In this document: positions 22,401 to 35,410 of the stretch, piece after piece
Layout: each line of letters opens with the position of its first letter
Position numbering within the stretch: position 1 is the first letter of the stretch
Assembly (NCBI GenBank): GCA_030390025.1
Contig: CM059433.1
Span: forward strand, 22,694,001 to 22,758,000
DNA from: Squalus acanthias
Lineage: Eukaryota
Length of the DNA: 64,000 bases
Direction: 5' to 3'
Position numbers and translations under genes: made by a program
Notes under the pieces: model-generated
The model's input: the letters and a program-made list of their open reading frames with translations, nothing else
The model's database searches: none
Told to the model about the DNA's origin: nothing

Positions 22401-24734
22401 ACGTACCTAGTAGTTTTCTTACGTCAACCCTTTTTGACTTAACTTCCTCAAACCTCTTAACTGCCTCTAGCCTCACCTCTAACAAAATTACCCTTCTCTT
22501 TCTTTGCTGCATATTGGAAAACTAGATGTGAGCATGAATGACAAAGAAGTAGAAAATGACAGTGAAGATGAACGCATATGTCCGACCGGACATTGGGTAA
22601 GGACGAATAAGAAGCGTCCGCTACCCACACTTAAAGCGGGTATTAGGCCCTCTGCATATGGAAATAAGGGGCCTAGCGTCTGCTTCAGGCCCCCACTGTA
22701 GCATTGATTTGCCCTCAGGAAGCCAGCACCATCGCCTCAGGAAAACCAACTCTACAGATCGCCTACAGAAAAAAGGTAAGTTACTTACCTGTAAACCACC
22801 CTCTTGATCAGTGCCACTCCCAGGCCCAAGATCCCCGACCTTCAGACCTTCAGGCCCTGACCCGGACCTCCGATCTCCCGCACCCACCCCCTGCCCACCC
22901 CCAAACAGATCACTTAATACTTTAAACAAAGTCTGATGTGATGCTTTCAAAGGCGGAAGTGAGATCTTATGGAGACAAGATAGTCCAGCATTAAAAGCAA
23001 TTATCAATCAGGTGTGTTACTATCATCTTACCTATACACGTATGCCGGGAATGACCTTAAGGGTTCTCCCATAACTTTGGCAGAAAACCCATTTACGTGC
23101 CTATCCAGGCTTTCTAGCGATCTTCTGCCGAAGTTTTGATGGTCGACCAGGAGAACTCTGGAGAAAATTCCTGGTGATAGACACTCTTGAAGTTGAGACT
23201 CAGCTATGAGAGTAATGTAAGAGTCAAAAAGAAGGTTTAAAAGACCCAAAAATGTGACAGCCTTAAGCAATATACTATATCTTACAATGTTATTTTCTGA
23301 AAGAAATCTATCTAAAACCTTGGCAAGCAGGTGGAGAGGGATCAGGAGTTGAAGGTTTAGTGTACAGATTTTAGCAGGAGCCAAACTGAATGCCTTTGGT
23401 CTTGCATATATTAATTTGAAGAAATTTCTTGCACATCCAGGGTTTGATGTCAGATAGGCAGTCAAGCTGGCCATGGGATCAATGTTGGTGGTGAGGGAAG
23501 AAGACCTGGGTATCATCTACAACCTTAGAAAAGCTAACCCTTTGACTTTTTTTAAAAATTCATTCACGGGATGTGGGCATCTCTGGCAAGGCTAGCATTT
23601 ATTGTTCATCCCTAATTGCCCTCAAGAAGGTGGGAAGCCACCTTATACAACTGAGTGGCTTGCTAGGCCATTTCAGAGGGCAGTTAAGAGTCAACCACAT
23701 TGCTGTGGGTCTGGAGTCGCATAAAGGCCAGACCAGGTAAGGATGGCAGATTTCCTTCCCTAAAGGAGATGAATGATGCTCTCAAAGGGTCTCCAAGGAA
23801 AAGAAGGAGGCGATGGATGGAACCTTGGGGGCATGCCCAAGGTGATCATGTAAGGGCAGAAGATGAAATTGTTGCAGATTTATGGAAATATGTGGGAGTT
23901 GAACCAAGCAAGCATGCTGCCATGGAGGTAGATCATAAAGGAGCAAAAGGAGGGATAGTGCACCACAGTCACAGTCTCACAGGATGTGACTGATGACTTT
24001 AACCAGCAAAGGCTTGGTGTTGTGGGCATTGTTGAAACCAGACTGAAGGAATTCAAACAAGGAATGAGAGAGGTGGTTTAAATACTGTTATAAATTTCAG
24101 ATCTGTACCCAAAATTCTTTTGGGTTCAGCATCATCATGCACTCCCATAAGCGGATCCCATATCCCCTATGATCAGGAGTTTGCCTTTACCGACCAATAT
24201 CTAGTCATACGATATCATGCCCGGGGGAACGTAATAATGGGATCTCTCATGTTTACTGGATACTGTAATCTAACACTTGTCCCCACAGGCATTTCTCCTA
24301 TCTCCTGAAAGGTGGATTGACCAACATTGGAGTGCGACGAGACCAATTGTAAACCAAGAAACTAGATTATTTAAAATGTTATATATGATGAACAGAACAC
24401 AGTTTTCAATGAAATTAATTCTAATTCCTCCTTGTATCATCAAAAATAATAAATTACACAAACTCAGCTCTTAATATGGCCTAGCTTCACTTTAACAACT
24501 CAATATTTATTGAACTGATTGCTTCAAAGCTTAGGAAGAAAGGGGGTTGAAATTGGTCTTTAGGCAGTAGTGCAAAATGAGCGACAGTGAATCGGCAGCC
24601 CATTTTACTCCCCACCTGATTTTCATTTCAATTGACTTCAAAGGAAAAGAAAATCAGGTCATTTGTAAAACGGGCTGCTGACTCATTATCGTCAACTTAG
24701 CCCCACTGCCCAAGGCCAATTTCAGCCACAACAA

Positions 24735-26070
24735 CTCCAACTTGCATTTATATAGCACCTTTAACATAGTAAAAATCCCAAGGCGCTGCACAGGAGCGTT
24801 ATTAATCATATTAATAAATTTGGCACCGAGCCACATAAGGAGATATTAGGTCATGTGACCAAAAGCTTGGTCAAAGAGATAGATGTTAAGGAGCGTCTTA
24901 AAGGAGTAGCGAGAGGTGTAAGGAGGGAATTCCAGAGTTTAGGGCCTCTGCAGCTGAAGGCACGGCCGCCAGTGGTGAAATGATGAAAATCGGGGATGCA
25001 CGAGAGGCTAGAATTGGAGGAGCGCAGAGATCTTGGAGGGTTGAGGGGCTGGAAAAGGTTACAGAGATAGGGAGGGGAGAGGCCACGGAGGGATTTCAAA
25101 ACAAAGATGAGAATTTTAAAATTGAGGTATTGCTGGACCAGGAGCCAAAGTAGGTCAGCATGTAGAGAGGTGATGGGTGAATGGTGTAAGAATAGGCCAT
25201 TTGCTGTAAATATTGCTGTAACTTGACCAAAACTGAAAACAAACTTGACCACATTTTGGTATACCAGCATGCTTCGGGAAGTTGAGAGGCTCCTGTGAGA
25301 ACTTTTGTGCAAAAAACTGTTCACAGATAAAGACGACCTTGGGCAAGAACAGAACTTTGTCAAACGAACTGTTATGGCTGTAAGCTGTGAAAGGCTGCCA
25401 GCTGCCTTTTACCAAGATAAGGAAAGCATGCTTTGAGAGTCCTGTGGGAACAGACTATTGAACTGTGGAAACATCTTCAGACTTTGGAATGTAATCTTGA
25501 AGGCCCATGGATGCCTAACGGACTAGTGATAAGAGGGTCTGAGAAACAATTCATGACCATTATGCCGTATAGTTAGGGACACGTACGCAGTGGGAGGGCT
25601 GCCAAATTTTGGGGTGTAACAGGTGCTGTTTCAAGACACTCACTGCTGCAGTCGGGAGAGGTGAGCTGGTCAGTTGCCAGAAATCATACGTCTAGTCACA
25701 GTCGAATTGACCACTCGCTGGTGTTAGTACGTGTGTGGTTTTGTTTTGCTTGAGCTTAAAGTAAAGGGATAGCTCTGTGTATGCTGAGGTATAATTGGGA
25801 ATTATTATACGTTACAAGACTATCGGATTACTTGTAATCTCTTGCTGATGTTTAAGTAAAAGAAGTTTTTCACAGATTCATTGGGTTTTGTGTTGTCTGT
25901 TCGACGGGTCTGAACTTTGGAAACCGTTTGACGGGGCGAGGGGCGATTTCCGCACGTCTTACAATGGGACTTGGTGCGAGTTAGGATACGGGCAGCAGAG
26001 TGTTGGAGGAGCTCAAGTTTATGGAGGGTGCAAGGTGGGAGGCCGGCCAGGAGAGCATTGGAATAGTCAA
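24735..26070 (-). mobile_element. L2 LINE 3' fragment, interrupted by a solo LTR
   Basis: SPITSLHADLLWL.VQQ..NFKILIFVLKSLRGLSPPYL...RSLRSS...GGRAFS..GPKLWNSL; 3' tail reads aacttgcatttatatagc on the + strand. Confidence 0.88.
25185..25963. mobile_element. Solo LTR (779 bp)
   Basis: TGTAAGA...TCTTACA perfect terminal inverted repeat; 4-bp TSD ATGG (25181-25184, 25964-25967); the L2 host rejoins across it. Confidence 0.9.
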
Positions 26071-27289
26071 ACCTCGTCGTGTTGCCAGCTTCCCTGACTG
26101 TTTCAAAATTCTCTCTAATTTTGTTCCTGAGGGACAGGAATTCTCAGAGCAGTGCTCAATATAGCCAAATCATCCATTCGTGTTTTCTCCCAACATCCCA
26201 TCACTCTTCATTACTTTTTCACAAAAGTTAGCAAACACAAGAGTGCTGGGTCTCTCGATGCTCAGTGACTGTTCAAGTAAAACATTCTAAACGATTAGGC
26301 AAGAAAACAAATAATGTTAATAAAAAAAGATCTTAACCGAGACTGCCTCTTTCAAGTCCTGTTGAAAAGTATTTTCCTTTCCAAACATTGAAAGAAAATA
26401 TCTGTGAAAATAGTTGGAAGACATAAAAAGCAATAAAGATAAATGCAGGTACTAACTAAAATATTTATTTTGGAAAGAAACTTTTTCTTTGTTCTTTTGC
26501 AAATATTTGGTCAAATGTGACTCTACTCCTTAATAATTTAAAGTATCCTCAACTGCGAGAGGTGTACAGGTAAAGGTTGGACAATAACGGTCCTCAGCGG
26601 TCCTTAAGAAATAGATAGGAGCAATAGCTTCAATTCAGATAACTGATTTCTTCCTGGATAAATGAGAAGATGCAGTGTTTAACAATATTTAGTTAGAAAT
26701 AATGAACACTATCTATTCTAATAAGAGTTTTGGGCTGAAATTACTCCAGCAGTACTTAGGATCATAGGAACAGGAGTTGGCTATTCAGCCCCTCGAGCCT
26801 GTTCCGCCATTCAATTAGATCATGGCTGCTCTGTATCTTAACTCCATCTACCCACCTTGGTTCCATATCCTATTTGTAACCAATATATTAGTATTCAGAA
26901 ATATTTTTACAGCACTGTGCTATTTCAACACAGTGGTTCTCTTGTCCTTTTTAAATGGATTAAAAATGTATTAAAATACAATATAACTTCACTGTTGCAA
27001 AGCCTGCTTATAACAAACCCTGAGTTTTAACGATCCCAAAGTCAAGACTTTTCAATGGAAATTAGCCCTTCTACAATGGACATTTAAATAGGATCTACCT
27101 GGACAAACCCATACACAACAATGGAATTCGAACAGAGGCTAATTGAAAATTAGTCTCTGGTGGTGAGAATCCCGCATGACGTATGCATTCCTTGTCTGAT
27201 AAGATGACGTGCCACCTGCACACAAACTGCAATGAGGCAACAGGCACAAGGAAACTGGCACAAGGCAACTGCAGCCAGGCAACTTGCGT

Positions 27290-28450
27290 GAAGCTGGCGA
27301 GTAAGAGATCATCTTTGGGGGCGATTTTGCCAATGGGGGCGCGTTGGAGGTGGGACTGCTGCTTGTCGGGTCGATGTCTCGCCTCCATCGACTTGTGGCC
27401 AACGCACTCTATTTTCCCTTGATTGACTTTGTTAAGCCCGCCCAGCGGGCTTAGCAGGCCAATTAAGGGAAAGCCGGTTACAGAGAACGTCAGCGTATGA
27501 CGTTTCATCTGTCAAAAATTTTTGACAGATGAATTGTCATCGTTTGACAGCTCTGTGAAGCTGTCAAACACTGACATTCTCTGTTGTTTGATGAGTCCTT
27601 GTATTCAAGACTCATCAAACCTCTTTCTTTTGCAGAAATTAGATAGTTGTTGCAGCGGAGAATGCAGCAGCCATTCTGTCATCTCTGCCGGTGAGATGCG
27701 AGACTCTCCGCATCCCCAACTGTTGAAGCCTGCAGGAAGAAACAAAGGTAAGTAAACATTTTCGATCACTTTCCACTCACCTCACATACTTACCTCTCCA
27801 CACTTGCACCCATCACTTACCTTCACAGCGTACCTTTGCACCCCTCCGACCCCCGCAGACCCACTGCTCGCCTCGGTGACCCTGGCGGGGTTTCCCGACA
27901 TCGGGAAGCCCGCGCCTCTATTGGAAAAATGGGGATAATCCTCTTACCTGCCTGTTAACTACCTGTTAACAGGCAGTTAAGTGGCTGTAATCCCCTTCCC
28001 GCCTCCAGGAGACGGGTCCCATCGTGGGTCAGCTACCCACCTCCTGGGAAGATGGCACGGAGGCGAGTTGGGGACGGGATGGGCACCCGCCCCCAGATTC
28101 TGCCATTTTCCCGGCAGTCCCTGCCTCCAAACCCGCCTCCCCAGGGCTGGCAAGATCGCGCCCATTGTCTCTGAAAACAAAACTTCAAATCATCGATGAT
28201 TTGGACAATCAAGGAAAGACACACATCACAATCTGCGAGCAGCTTGGCTCAGCAAAGAGCACTGTTGTAATCGAGTGGGCCTACAAAGAAAAATCGTCGA
28301 AGCTGAAGTGCCGATCCAGAGAAAGCAAAACCGTACTGCGACTCATGAAGATCACAGTCATTACCTGGAACTGAGGATCTTTATGGGATGGTTAAGAAGA
28401 ATAGAAACAGCATTGAGAAAAGCACAATTACTATGAAGCAATCTATGCGC
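27290..28450 (+). pseudogene. Tigger/pogo transposase N-terminal (CENP-B-type HTH) relic, split by MITE M1
   Basis: LASKRSS|LSLKTKLQIIDDLDNQGKTHITICEQLGSAKSTVVIEWAYKEK resembles the Tigger HTH pattern LSLKEKL.II...G.S...IA...G..KSTV. Confidence 0.65.
27317..28163. mobile_element. MITE family M1, copy 2
   Basis: Same TIRs and body as 7941-8773. Confidence 0.85.
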
Positions 28451-29562
28451 TATAGGTTTTTTTAACAGAATAAAATTATGTTCAATTCAAATGAGTCATT
28501 TCTTCATTTTTCTGATGCAGCAAATCGCCAAACCCTACTAAAACGAACACCCCGATATAATAATCTTTTCTGCCTGCCTCGAGGGGCTTAGTTATAGTGA
28601 AGTTTGACTGTAGTACGAGGGCAGAGGAATTGGTAGTAACAATAAAGTAGTTGGAAAATGTTCTCGGGAGATTTCTGATGCAGTAGAGAGACCAACTCTG
28701 TGTGATTCTCTCGCCCAAAGCTGTTGCTGATGCTAATGGTTCAGAAAAGGTGGAGAACTATGAGTGGAATGTCATAGAGCACGGGGAGCAGAAGGCTGTT
28801 AAAAAGATGAAAAAAGTGCATGGAAGAGCATGCTGATAGATAATTAAGAAGCCACAAAGGGCAGCTTAAATCACTGTGGATTATGTTTAATTACTTGTCT
28901 AATTAAAAAAAAAGGTTGTGGGAAAATAAATCAATTGTAAAATTGAGAGTCATACTTGAAGGGCACAAACGGTAGCATAATGGTTATGTTACTGGACTAC
29001 TAATCCAAAAAATGTGGCTGTGCATCTTCATGGTCATTTTCTGGTGCTATCCCACAAATTACCAGATTTATTGAATTCATTTCAATAACTTGCCATTATG
29101 GGATTTGAACTCACAACCTCTGGTACCATAACCACTAAACCACCATATCCATTATAGTATCTTGTCTTTTTTTTAATTAATCCAGTGTCCTGGCCTCATC
29201 CTCCCTTCTTGACAATCCATTCTAGCTTTGTTTTCTGTGTGAAGAAATACTTACTAAGATCTGGCCCATATTCGCCCCTCGTTACACCTTGCTGAGACAA
29301 GGTTACTGCTGTTGTTCAGACACTATTCAAAATTACCTGAATTATCTGAATAAGAAGTTCTAGAACTGAGGTAAAATTTTACTGATACATATAGTTGCTA
29401 TATACAGTGTACTCCTCTTAATTCAAAGTTAATTCATTTAAATTATCTGCTAACACGCTACTCAAACAGATTTAATTTTTTGAATTATCAGTAGACTGTA
29501 GGGGAAGAAAATGTTGGTAAAATGTTTATATTTTGATAATAGGAATAGCCTACACATACAGC

Positions 29563-30010
29563 TATGGCTCAGTGGGTCGCATTCTTGTCTCTGAGTCAGA
29601 AGGTTGTGGGTTCAAGTCCCACTCTAGAGACTTGAGCACAAAAATCTAAGCTGACACTCCAGTGCAGTGCTGAGGGACTGCCACACTGCCAGAGGTCTTT
29701 CAGATGAGACGTTAAACCAAGGCCCCCTCTGCTCTCTCAGGTGAATGTAAAACATCCCATTGCACTATTTCGAAGAGCAGAGGAGTTATCCCTGGTGTCC
29801 TGGCCAATATTTATCTCTCAATCAACATAACAAAAAAACAGATTATCTGGTCATTATAACATTGCTGGTTGTGGGAGCTTGCTGTGCGCAAGTCAGCTTC
29901 CGCGTTTCCTACATTACAACAGTGAATACACTTCAAAAGTACTTCATTGGCCGTAAAGCGCTTTGGGATGTCCTGAGGTTGTGAAAGGCGCTATATAAAT
30001 GCAAGCCTTT
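29563..30010 (+). mobile_element. Full-length tRNA-derived DeuSINE (SacSINE-like)
   Basis: A box TGGCTCAGTGG, B box GGTTCAAGTCC, Deu-like domain GATGAGACGTTAAACC...CTCTCAGGTG..TGTAAAA.ATCCCA, and L2-shared tail AAAGGCGCTATATAAATGCAAG. Confidence 0.85.
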
Positions 30011-30480
30011 CTTCCTTTCTTAAAGAAGCCCTGATAGATAGTTGAGCACCCAAAAATGTGAAATTATATTGCTGCCACTCTAGGATACTCTGGCTCAAGG
30101 AAAACAAACCCTATTCAAGAACAAAGCTTATGAGGTGAGGAAGTAGCATCTTTTTAATCCCTTGGTTCACTATTTCCCAGTTTTCAGTGCCCATTCCCAA
30201 AAAGCCGTTTCAAAATTTTCCAAGCCGACCCATCAAAAGGTGTACAGAGCCATCACCAGTCTTCAGAGCTGCATCGAGAGATCAGGTCGTAGTTCACACT
30301 TCCTGGATCTGAGCACCTCCATGACCTGGATGCTGTATTTATAGTTCAATTTCTTCGCTTATCAACAATGCAACACTTATTGCCATTCTGTTGAACTCCT
30401 ACACTCTTGTGCCAAGCTTTAATCTTTGTACAATTCCTGCCTCAGATCTTGTTATTTTGGGTTGGTTTTAGGTTTATAGC

Positions 30481-30975
30481 CACTAGAGAGGGTACAGAGG
30501 AGATTTACGGGGATGTTGCCAGGACTGGAGAATTTTAGCTATGAGGAAAGATTGGATGGGCTGGGGTTGTTTTCTTTGGAACAGAGGAGGCTGAAGGGAG
30601 ACTAGATTGAGGTGTCTAAAATGATGAGGGGCCTCGATAGAGTGGATAGGAAGGACCTATTTCCCCTAGCAGAGAGGTCAATAATCAGGGGGCATAGATT
30701 TAAAGCAATTGGTAGAAGGATTAGAGGGGAGTTGAGGAGAACTTTTTTCACCCAGAGGGCGGTGGGGGTCTGGAACGCACTGCCTGAAATGGTAGAGGCA
30801 GAAACGCTCACTGCATTTAAAAAGTATTTGGATATGCACTTGAAGTGTCGTAACCTACAAGGCTACGGACCAAGAGCTGGAAAGTGAGATTAGGCTGGAT
30901 AGCTCTTTTTCGGCCGGCACAAACATGATGGGTCAAGTAGCCTCCTTCTGTGCCGTAAATCTCTATGATTCTATG
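30481..30975 (+). mobile_element. CR1 LINE 3' fragment
   Basis: GLDRVDRKDLFP...FFTQRAVGVWNALP; tail ctatgattctatga; same subfamily as 41697-42281. Confidence 0.92.
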
Positions 30976-31494
30976 AAATCAAGAACTTTCTGTTTAGGGA
31001 AGGAGAACCTTTGTGCTCTCAGGGTGCACTAAAATCTGTGTCACATGTATACTCTGTGTAAGAAGTCACCCAGTTACATGGTATATTTTATGACATGAGT
31101 TTTAATTTTAAGATAAACATTGCATTTTACAGTTTTTATGACAATAGTTCATGGAGACACCACAATTAGCTGATAACATAACCAAATGCCAGATAATTGG
31201 TTGAGCTAGGATTAGGAATCTGAATACTATTTTCACAGATATTTCATTTAGCCTTCTAATTGATAATTAATTGCCCTATGACTCCAACTGATCCGAATGA
31301 ACTACTGAGATTTATTTTTTCCATGATTTGTTTGGCATTTCCTCTTCTTAATGAATAATATTCAATGGTCTTGCGATTACACTGTGGGAATGACACTATT
31401 GGATAATAAGTATTGATGCTTAACTTGTTGTCTACAATTCCTTTCTCTACTGTTTTAGTGGAGGCATGAACTCGATTTAAAAAAGGGAAAAAAA

Positions 31495-32300
31495 AGACTT
31501 GCATTTATTTAGCGCCTTTCACGACATCAACAACAACTTGCATTTAAATAGCGGCTTTAACTTAGTAAAACATCCCAAGGCACATCACATTAGCATTACC
31601 GATCAAAATTTGACACCGAAGAAATTTCTGCTCATCCAATACTGGATGTTGGACAAGCAACGTGACAACTCAAAGGCAGTGGAGCGGTTTGACAGGTGAT
31701 GGTGAGGTAGAGCTGTGTGCCGTCAGCATATATGTGGAACCTGAAATTGTATTTTCGGATGATGCAGATGAGAAATAGGAGGGCGCCAAGGATAGATCCA
31801 GAGGTAATGTTGTGGGATTAGGAAGAGAAGCCATTGCAGGTGATTCTTTGCTATGCTTGAATAGATAGGAATGGAACCAGGTGAAGGCAATCCCATCCAG
31901 CTAGACGGAGGAGAGGCATTGGAGGAGGATGGTGTGGTCAACCGTGTCAGAGGCTGCAGGCAGGTAGAGAAGGATAAGGAGGGATAGCTTACCACGGTCA
32001 CAGTCACATAGGATGTCATTTGTGACTTTGATAAGAGCCGTTTCGGTACTGTGGCAGGGGTGGAAACCTGATTGGAGGGATTCAAACATGGAGTTGCAGG
32101 AAAGATGGGCATGGATATGGGCGTTGACAACACGTTCAAAGATTTGGAGAGGAAAGGGAGGTTGGAGATGGGGCGGTAGTTTGCAAGGACAGAGGGGTCA
32201 AGGGTGGGTTTTTGAGGAGGGTGTGATGATGGCAGATTTGAAGGGGAGGGGGACAGTACCTAAGGAGAGGGAACCGTTAACAATCTAACATGGAGGCCAG
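31495..32300 (-). mobile_element. L2 LINE fragment (RT)
   Basis: [26 protein letters not shown]...SLLILL...[13 protein letters not shown], plus L2 3' tail at ~31495-31560. Confidence 0.9.
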
Positions 32301-32973
32301 GCTCAAGACGTCCCGAAGTGCTTTACAGCTAATGAAGTACTTTTGAAGTGTAGTCACTATTCTCTAGAATAGCAACAAAGCAATTGCAAATTTGTTAAAC
32401 CTTTGCACCTATTGCCTCACATCAAGGCCTGGTGCTCACATGTGGGGATGGATAGAGATGGGATCTACATTGCAACTCCCAGGCAAAGGGTTGAGGGAGG
32501 CTGCTGCCTCTGACATTCATAGTAGTATACCTAGCTCTTCCAAAACCTTTCCCTGGCTTTCTTTCTCTCTCTTTCCCCTCTTCCTCTCCTTCTCCTTCCT
32601 TTCTTTACTGTCTTCCTTTCTGCTCTTCCTTAGGTTTTCGTTGTTTATTTTTTCCTCCTCCTACTCCCCATGATTTTTTAATCTTTTATCTTATTCTCTC
32701 TTTATGCTGCCTACATTTCTTCTTTCTCTCTCTCTCTTTTCCTTCTTTGCTTCAATTGTGTGCATAAAGGAAGCAGCGTGACATCAGAAGAGCTCAGGGA
32801 ATGATGAGAGGTGTGGGTAATCAAGCATTTTTTCTAGGAAGCAAGTCTTTGTCTTGCTGCCTTTATTACTGTGTGTTGGGCGGACGGTGAGGAGGTGTGA
32901 AGGCCTTCACCCGTCCAATTCTGCATCGTTTGTTTTAAAATAGGCCGAGGTTTCGGCACAGGTAAAATCGGCT

Positions 32974-33665
32974 GGGGTAGAATTTCTGCTTTGGGTGCAA
33001 TTTGCACATAAACTTGCTCAGGTTTTCCAAATTGAGGTTACGGTTCAAGTTTCCACTCAAACTCATTTGCATAATCGCAAACGTAAAATTTTCCAAGAAC
33101 CAGCGCAATCGGGCAGCGTTTTAGAACATAATTGTTTATCTTTTCCCCCCTTGATGTATTTAAGAGTGGTAACCTGGTGCAGTTTTATTATTAAAGCTGT
33201 AAAATGGGTTTATCACCAAAAATAAGCATTTTAATCAGTGTGTCCAGTCCTCCGCATGTGAGTCACCTGATTTTAAATAACTGAAAATGACTTTTAAAAA
33301 ACGATATTGAACCATTTACTAGTTTCACTGGTGTACAGTAGTCAGTTTCTCAGGAAATTAAATATTTTTTATTATTTAAAGCTTTTAAAAAGGTGCCTAT
33401 TAGTACCTTTGCACCCAAAACAAAAGCTTAATTTGAAGAGCCCCCTCGAATGGCACAACTAGCAGAAACTCGCCATGCTCATTAATTCGATCGGGGCATG
33501 GCCACTTTTGTGGGCAAGGCAGTCTTCTAGCACAATGTTTTTTAAACCAATGCAAAAGATCACAGAAACTCAATTTGCGCTGGAAGTATCTTGTGCTTGA
33601 AATTCCTCGATCTTTTACGCTGGTTTGGCCAATTTTGAGAGATGTGCACTGGCGCAACTCTACTC
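32974..33665. mobile_element. Non-autonomous TIR element family M4 (partial)
   Basis: Begins GGGGTAGAATTTC; inverted homolog at 59007-60203. Confidence 0.65.
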
Positions 33666-35009
33666 CGAGGTGCCCGGATACACTGGAGCAGGAGGGAGTC
33701 TGAGAGCAGAGAGCTCAAAGGCTGGACGGCAGGCATTCAGACAGAGCAAAGGGTAAGGAACTGGGTGGCATTTTCTTTCTCGAAGTTAGGTGGATCCTTT
33801 GGTATGTCTGGAACTAGAGCAGGGAAGTGGGGCTCAAGTCTGGCACGTTCAGGTTGGGCCTGCAATGGAGAGGCCACGCACAAGTGGGAACTTGGACAAA
33901 GCAAGGCCTTGGCTCCTTAAATCAAGCCCGAGACTTGTGGAAACCAGTGTGCTGTAAATGGAGCTTTAGGTTTGTGCAGGTGTTCTGTTTGCCATCATAT
34001 TCCTAGATACATATGATAATTCACTCACCTTGGAATTCACAACATTGAAAGCAACATTCTTATCAAACATGGATAAGCCTGGGTGGGGAGTCATGGCAGC
34101 AGTATCTTGAGGAATTATTTTGCTCCAGTGCGATTGAACAGAAAACATTTGGGAAAGGAAAGTTTTGTGAAATACGATTCTGGTTCTAGGATTTGTTTGT
34201 CATACAGGGATATGATTGGTTAAAGGAACTCTACACCTCTTCATCGTGTCGGCATACTTTTTACTAAAATAGATTTTTTATATGTGTGTCAACACTTGAA
34301 TTTAATAAACATTTGCGATCTTAATATATTAAAAACAGTACATGATGCCAAAATTCTGACGGCATTCTAACTATATGTGGCACTGTGAACATCACGTTAT
34401 GTGACTAATTGAGAACACCAGGCTCCAGCCTAATGTTATGTGACAGCACCACTGAGCTAACCAGGAACAGAACCTGGAAGTAAAATATTGCCTGGTAACA
34501 TCATAGGCTCAAGCAGTTCCAAAGAAACATCCAATTCCCATTTGTTAAACTTGGCTACTTTTAAAGAGCCATTCCCGAGACAATCAGCTTTTCAAAGCCA
34601 CATGCTAAAATCAGCCAGCTATGGTACAATCGCTCATTGTGCTAAATAAATGGGGACGTGTAGGAAGACATCTAATCAGCGAATAAAACCCTTCCTCCTG
34701 TCCACTAAGAGGATTTGTCACTTTTAGTAGCTACAACCATTCCCCCACCCACCACTGAGCACCAAAAGGCACCTGAAAGAGACTGCCCCCACATGGGAAG
34801 CAATAGGCACTGAATGACCTCCACCCCACCCCATGGAGCAACAATCTGGAAGGAGGTAGCCTTCTCCCCCAACTCTGAGTGTAAATCGGGAACATGAAGC
34901 TGAACCTGATAACGTAGGAACCCCCTCCCCGCTAAGCATGAATCAGGCATGTGGACCATTCTCAAATTCTCTAAACCACTCCCCCATTGAGCAGAATTAT
35001 GGCAACCAG

Positions 35010-35410
35010 AGAGGTAATGGCCCCCTCTCCCTCTTCCCTCACACTGCCTCAATCCTCCCCGAATCTCCTCTCCCCTTCTTTCCACCTCCTCTTCCTCTGC
35101 CCTTCACTTCTTTTACTCTCTCTCCCTTCAACCTCCTGTCCTCCCCTTCTCCTCCCTCTCCCCTCCTCCTCTCTCTCCCCCTCCCCTACCTCTCCGCCTT
35201 TCTTTCCCTTCTTCTCTCTCTCCCCAGACCCTTCCTCTCCTTCTCCCTATCTTCCCTTTCCATTCCGCTCCTCTCCCTCCCTGCTCCTCTCCCTCTTCTT
35301 CACTTCCCTCCTCTCCCCTCACTCTCCCCCTCCTCTGTTCTACTCCCACCTTCACCCATTCTCACCCTCTTGCCTAATCGACCGCCCCCTCTCCTTCCCT
35401 CTGCCCTTTG
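35010..35410. repeat. CT-rich low-complexity tract
   Basis: Polypyrimidine sequence visible directly. Confidence 0.9.

Noticed and set aside
29563..29635. tRNA gene
   Set aside because: The A/B boxes belong to a SINE head followed by a Deu domain and L2 tail
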